This document shows, piece after piece, positions 59,477 to 64,000 of a stretch of DNA of 64,000 bases (positions within the stretch are counted from its first letter, which is position 1; the number at the start of each line of letters is the position of its first letter). The notes below the pieces were generated by a model. It ran no database searches. It saw only the letters and a program-made list of their open reading frames with translations, and was not told where the DNA came from. The stretch comes from a virus (lineage: Duplodnaviria > Heunggongvirae > Uroviricota > Caudoviricetes), in the IMG/VR virus record IMGVR_UViG_3300025693_000001. One strand, given 5' to 3'. Made by a program: the position numbers and the translations under genes.

Positions 59477-61033
59477 TTACATCAACATCGGCATACCTTC
59501 GTCATTCTCATCGTACCCACCTTCATACCCATCATAATCATCCTGACTCCATTCATCGTATTCGGCTGTATACAATTTATCGAAAGCAAGTTGATCATAC
59601 GATGCAATTTCTTCCACCAATCTGATTATAATAAGAACAGCTGATATTGCATCATCTGTTGAACCCAATTGTGCAGCGTAAGCACCTCGTGTACGTACGT
59701 ATGATTTCAATTCAGCTAACAACATGCGAGACTTAACATGCAAGTTGTTTTTCTCCAACATTTCTTTCAGGTTGACACACGCTCGCATTTTAGTTCGCGA
59801 TGTTGTAGTCATTCCACGTTTGTTTTTACCCTCTTCACTAACAAACTCAGCACCTGTTGGTGGTTTTTCGTCAGCTTCGTATAGAGAGATGACACCCTCT
59901 CCCACACCATTGTTTTCGATTGAGAAATATGTGGTCGTTTCTTGCTTTTCCAAATACAGCAACATATTCTTCAAGATGCCATATAAGTCATTGGTTGACA
60001 TTGTGTTGGATCTGTATTCGGCTACCTGTACCAGGGACGGAAAGTGGAATACTGTAATCACACTAAAATCTTCCCCATTACCGGTGGCTGGATCCACCCC
60101 AACCAAATACGTTTCACCGGCTTTGACATTATCCCAAAACACAACATCCTTGATTGTTTTTATTGGTCTAATCTTTTCAACGATTTGTGATAGGTTTGTT
60201 AAGAATAGTGAATTGATTAACAATGCGTCCGATGATAAGAATACGCACTCATACTCCTGCATCCACCGTCTTTCACCAATTCGACCGATCTCATCTTCTT
60301 TGAATTTGCCATCACGCCCAGGAGGTTCATCCCACGTCACGTGTATGGGTTTAAATCCATTCGCTCCAACTAACGCGCCTCGCCATATTTGAGCGTAAAT
60401 GTTCATATCCCCATTTGGCGTTGATGTCATTATACAGGAACCACCAGTAGATAGTGTTGGTGCGATAGCAGTCCAAAATTCATCCTGAATGCCAGCTTGC
60501 ACAAAAGCAAACTCATCCAAGAATAACAATGAGATTGACATGCCCCGTCCGGAATCTGGTGATGTTGCTGAAGATATGATACGAGAACCGTTATCGAATC
60601 CGATGTTGTGTTTGTTCCATCCATCTTCCTGCACCCCTGGCTTTAACCAATGAGGCAGATTTTCGTATGCAAATCGTATCCTGAAAATCATCTCCATCGC
60701 GTTTGCGTTTTTGTTAGCTGCGATTAAGATGGTTTTATCGAAATTGAACATAGCATACCACAACAAGAAAGCTGCGGATGTTATAGATTTCCCTGTCTGT
60801 CTTGCCGAGAGAACCACAGTATATCGTTCTTCGTGATACGCTCGGACCATATCCTTTTGATATTCGTACATCTCAAAAGGAACCGATCCACGCGTTGGAT
60901 GTTGAATCTTTACATAATTCTCGATGAAGTACACAGGATCCGACACACACCGTTTCAACTCTTCTATCGTTTCGGAGGTGTATTCTGTTTCCGTGTTAGC
61001 AGTTTTTATATTTTTGTTTGATGCTCTAGCCAT
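59477..61033 (-). CDS. gp17: Terminase large subunit
   Basis: YEYQ, ARQTGKS, LDEFAF, TSTPNG, GVDPATG..DFS, ENN, DD; TATAAATA at 61040-61047. Confidence 0.95.
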   Translation of the reverse strand: MARASNKNIKTANTETEYTSETIEELKRCVSDPVYFIENYVKIQHPTRGSVPFEMYEYQKDMVRAYHEERYTVVLSARQTGKSITSAAFLLWYAMFNFDKTILIAANKNANAMEMIFRIRFAYENLPHWLKPGVQEDGWNKHNIGFDNGSRIISSATSPDSGRGMSISLLFLDEFAFVQAGIQDEFWTAIAPTLSTGGSCIMTSTPNGDMNIYAQIWRGALVGANGFKPIHVTWDEPPGRDGKFKEDEIGRIGERRWMQEYECVFLSSDALLINSLFLTNLSQIVEKIRPIKTIKDVVFWDNVKAGETYLVGVDPATGNGEDFSVITVFHFPSLVQVAEYRSNTMSTNDLYGILKNMLLYLEKQETTTYFSIENNGVGEGVISLYEADEKPPTGAEFVSEEGKNKRGMTTTSRTKMRACVNLKEMLEKNNLHVKSRMLLAELKSYVRTRGAYAAQLGSTDDAISAVLIIIRLVEEIASYDQLAFDKLYTAEYDEWSQDDYDGYEGGYDENDEGMPMLM

Positions 61034-61063
61034 AACCCATATTTATAGCACGTTTCGTGTGGG

Positions 61064-61510
61064 TTACCGCTCACCCGATAGGGCTTTGAGTATGTCATTA
61101 CGGTCTGCAACGATCAAATTGTTGTTTGTTGTACCAACACCTGCTAATTTACCACGTGCAATGGCTAATTTATCCTTGTGTTGTTTTGTGCTTGATTTTT
61201 CTTTTGCAGCTTGAAGGGCCGTGTTTAGAAATTGGACTGCAACTTCGCCGTTCCGAGCTGCATACTTACCCTCGACGGATTCCGACGTTCCCATCTGGGT
61301 ATCATACGCATCCATTGCGGCATCATACACCTCTTGAAACTGAGTTTCAATCTCTGTGTCTTTGTCGTCGTAAGCTTCTGTTGTCGTTGCTGCGATGTCA
61401 GTTGTCTTGCGTTCAACGATAGGCATCAACGTTGAATTTTCATCGATATCCAATATACCTTCCATTGGATGGTCTACTTGCTTTTCTGAGTGTACAATTT
61501 TAGTTTCCAT
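61064..61510 (-). CDS. Putative terminase small subunit
   Basis: Helical 148 aa directly upstream of terminase large subunit; TTNNNLIVADRNDILK C-terminus like gp16; CATAAATA at 61517-61524. Confidence 0.65.
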   Translation of the reverse strand: METKIVHSEKQVDHPMEGILDIDENSTLMPIVERKTTDIAATTTEAYDDKDTEIETQFQEVYDAAMDAYDTQMGTSESVEGKYAARNGEVAVQFLNTALQAAKEKSSTKQHKDKLAIARGKLAGVGTTNNNLIVADRNDILKALSGER

Positions 61511-61519
61511 AGCGGGTAT

Positions 61520-61669
61520 TTATGGTTGCATTGGTCCATGTATACTGGTTAAGACCCCCATACCCACTATACCATCGTGTCCATTTTTGAAACGTGCGAC
61601 AAATTATCCGCTTCTGGATGTGAGCAGTTCCAACTCCAGTGGATTATTAAAAACCTCGAATACTAACAT
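61520..61669 (-). pseudogene. Remnant third copy of the MLLxEVF family
   Basis: MLVFEVFNNPLELELLTSRSG*FVARFKNG...; in-frame TAA at 61604-61606. Confidence 0.6.
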
Positions 61670-61679
61670 GGTGACATCA

Positions 61680-62147
61680 TTATTTTAATGCTTGATACAC
61701 TTTTGTTGATTTTAACACTTTTGTGTTGGTTTTCCATCCAATATCATGAAATTGCTTGATGAGACGATCGTACAATTTGCGTCTACTAGCTTCCTTTGCA
61801 CTGAATTCGATTCCGTTCACATCGTGGGATCGTATAAACTGTTTTATTATACTTGCTACTGTTGCAAACACTTTAACCGCATTACCAGTTTTGGTTATAC
61901 TGGTTTTGGATTTTAGTCTTCCTTGCTGTACAGTCTCTAATCCAAATTCCAAATCCCAAATACCGTGTCCTTGGTGTTCCAATTCAACCGAATACTTTTT
62001 GTCACCTATGGTGAAATGTGTTGATAACATCTCCGTATCTTGATTGTATTCATCATCTTCATTGTCATCAATTTCTTCATCTGGTTTTGGAGGGTGCTGC
62101 AAATCAGCATGGTTTACTGGTCTATCAAATACTTCTGCTAATAACAT
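61680..62147 (-). CDS. Hypothetical protein, MLLxEVF family paralogue
   Basis: TGNAVKVFATV...FSAKEASRRKLYDR. Confidence 0.78.
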   Translation of the reverse strand: MLLAEVFDRPVNHADLQHPPKPDEEIDDNEDDEYNQDTEMLSTHFTIGDKKYSVELEHQGHGIWDLEFGLETVQQGRLKSKTSITKTGNAVKVFATVASIIKQFIRSHDVNGIEFSAKEASRRKLYDRLIKQFHDIGWKTNTKVLKSTKVYQALK

Positions 62148-62554
62148 TAGTTTTTCTCGAAAGTGTATATTTTTGTAGATGGTTGTTCTTTCAGCTTCGA
62201 TTCCGATAACGTGAATCCCATTCGTTCTAACTGTTTGGCCATACGATCATACAATTTAATTCTACTGGGTTCCTTTGCTTGAAAGATAATAGTGTCTGGA
62301 TTTTTTGTTTTCATAAATTTACGAAATATATCAAGAATTGTAGCAAATACCGAAAAGGATTTACCAGTGTTGGATAATTCATACTTGGATAGCGTATTAG
62401 AAAAGTTTATATACCACGTTCCCTCCAAAACACTACGCTCCGCAACAAACTTATAGTTAAGATCATTAACCGAAAACTCCGCTGTGTATAATTTTGCTGA
62501 TACCGTATCTTCCTTCCACTCTATCGGATCGCTAAATACTTCTATTAATAACAT
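62147..62554 (-). CDS. Hypothetical protein, MLLxEVF family paralogue
   Basis: TGKSFSVFATI...FQAKEPSRIKLYDR. Confidence 0.78.
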   Translation of the reverse strand: MLLIEVFSDPIEWKEDTVSAKLYTAEFSVNDLNYKFVAERSVLEGTWYINFSNTLSKYELSNTGKSFSVFATILDIFRKFMKTKNPDTIIFQAKEPSRIKLYDRMAKQLERMGFTLSESKLKEQPSTKIYTFEKN

Positions 62555-62562
62555 AAAATGCC

Positions 62563-63006
62563 CTATCTAAATAAATGTTTTTCTGTGATTATACGAAACT
62601 TTATTCCTTTTTTCTGGCAATATAAATTTGCTGCTTTCCACTTTGCATCATTTACTGCCCAGGTTATTTGTTCGTATAGTTGTGTCTTTTTGTTTTTACC
62701 AACGGTTCGGGGTGCTCTGGTTTCTTTATCGGGTTTTACTTCGATAATTTCTTCCAATAACTCCCCCTGCCTCGTAACATATTTAATCCAGTAGTCCGGA
62801 AGATACATATGTACCCGTCCGTCTGTTGGTTTGAGATATGGTATTCGTATACTCTCCGATGTCCATTCGAGAATGTTTGGATTGTTGTCTAGGAATTGGT
62901 GGAAGTTCAACTCCCACGATGACATATACCGTATCTTGGATAGATCACCCTTATATTTCTCAGGGTGATTTGGTTTGTACTTCCCTTGTTTTGTGCGTCT
63001 AGCCAT
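62563..63006 (-). CDS. gp4: Head completion nuclease (T4 gp4 / TnsA-like)
   Basis: G.Y.P..PEKY.GD...I.Y.SSWE, IPY, Y.PD, EVKP, N.AKW.AA, F.IITE. Confidence 0.9.
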   Translation of the reverse strand: MARRTKQGKYKPNHPEKYKGDLSKIRYMSSWELNFHQFLDNNPNILEWTSESIRIPYLKPTDGRVHMYLPDYWIKYVTRQGELLEEIIEVKPDKETRAPRTVGKNKKTQLYEQITWAVNDAKWKAANLYCQKKGIKFRIITEKHLFR

Positions 63007-64000
63007 TATGCTACCATTGAGTTACTCACGGGGGGTGCAACCGTGTTAAGTGCTAACACCGTTGGAGCTGCTGCTTTCGCTGCTGCTTGCGTTGGCGCGT
63101 TTGATGGAGGTGCCGCTTTGTCCTCTTTGCGTGATACCGCAGTTCCGAATGGAACTGGACCATCCCCTTTGATATCTTCTTCGGGGTTGAATATTGGATC
63201 GATTTCGTATCCAGGGGACACACCAGCACCGGATATCTTAGCCATCAGTTCTTTTGTAACTAAACGGTTCGGCTCAACATATAACCCATCATAACTAAAT
63301 TGAATTTCCAATTCGCTACCCGCACCACTTTCTGCCATATCCACATCATCCAAGTTTAAGTTGGTGATTTTCGGATTGTACATATGATACACATTCAACA
63401 ACTTACCCCAGTCGTATAGATGGTATAATTTGACTTCGAGTAGTATATTTGATGCATCTCCATTTAGGGATCCTAGAGATGCGCCCCCAATCGTATTGTT
63501 TGGAACGGCTGTACGAGAAATGGTGTTTGCTGTTAAACTGCGTTCCTGGTAGTGTTGGGGTAACATGGCATTGCCATCCATCCCCTCATTTGCTATCGGA
63601 CTCATCGCTCGCATGTAGTTTGTATAGAACGTACCAGCGTTGTTCTGAATATCATCATAGAACCGCATCGTCATCGGTTCGTATACCGTACGTTTTGGAA
63701 TTTTGGTCCAGTAATTGTACATGTTGATTTCTTCATACTCGAATGATACGTTGGGGCGGGAGCTATTCTTCACCACAAACTCGAACCCCGATTTAACTCC
63801 ACGCTCCGATGTCATTAGGTGTTGGTATTCCGGATGGAACACAAACTCCACCATAAACATGAATTTGAATTTGGGTTGGTGGTTCTCGGCTAAGTGTGAT
63901 GCGAAGTGTTTCGGGAATCGTTGGGTTTCCACTGCGTACTTTGCAACCGTACATTCGTTGCCGATTGCTTCGGTTTCCGCTTTGAATGCTAAAATCTCGG
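63006..64000 (-). CDS. Tail tube-fold / baseplate protein (gp19/gp48/gp54-like), 5' end outside window
   Basis: PKFKF.F.V.F, RP.V.FE...N.YN, Y.P....F.DD, FSYD; frame stays open from 63932 to the window edge. Confidence 0.7.
   Translation of the reverse strand, partial: EILAFKAETEAIGNECTVAKYAVETQRFPKHFASHLAENHQPKFKFMFMVEFVFHPEYQHLMTSERGVKSGFEFVVKNSSRPNVSFEYEEINMYNYWTKIPKRTVYEPMTMRFYDDIQNNAGTFYTNYMRAMSPIANEGMDGNAMLPQHYQERSLTANTISRTAVPNNTIGGASLGSLNGDASNILLEVKLYHLYDWGKLLNVYHMYNPKITNLNLDDVDMAESGAGSELEIQFSYDGLYVEPNRLVTKELMAKISGAGVSPGYEIDPIFNPEEDIKGDGPVPFGTAVSRKEDKAAPPSNAPTQAAAKAAAPTVLALNTVAPPVSNSMVA

Noticed and set aside
1328-63727. Many plus-strand ORFs of 60-236 aa (e.g. 5579-6289, 59724-60392)
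   Set aside because: Antisense shadows of real minus-strand genes; no motifs or translation signals.
1-64000. Stop-codon reassignment; tRNA or rRNA genes
   Set aside because: Genes are intact in the standard code and end in TAA, TAG and TGA; no cloverleaf was recognised in the short intergenic gaps, though tRNAscan-SE was not run.

Overview
Segment of a large, lytic T4-like (jumbo myovirus-type) dsDNA phage genome in the standard genetic code, with nearly all genes on the minus strand. It contains a replication/recombination block (clamp loader, UvsW, UvsY, UvsX, gp32 SSB, GroES-like chaperonin), terminase and head-completion genes, RNA-repair-type enzymes, and two long tail-fibre/virion modules, many headed by T4-type late promoters (YATAAATA). 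The standout is an ~11.6 kb cluster (9797-21401) inside the tail-fibre module. It encodes seven radical SAM/SPASM-type proteins, three accessory proteins and a 194-aa Ser/Thr/Gly-rich protein whose only cysteines form a C-terminal (CHSx)3-RGRR motif. This looks like a late-expressed, RiPP-like protein-modification system, plausibly acting on a virion component (inference). Other notable items: a miniature DnaE core split without an intein into two genes ~25 kb apart; an antisense GIY-YIG endonuclease overlapping two rSAM genes; nested domain insertions in tail proteins; a duplicated 5 kb tail cassette with a 74-bp identical repeat; and a possible gene-32-type autoregulatory RNA leader. All family assignments come from motif recognition by eye; no database searches were run.
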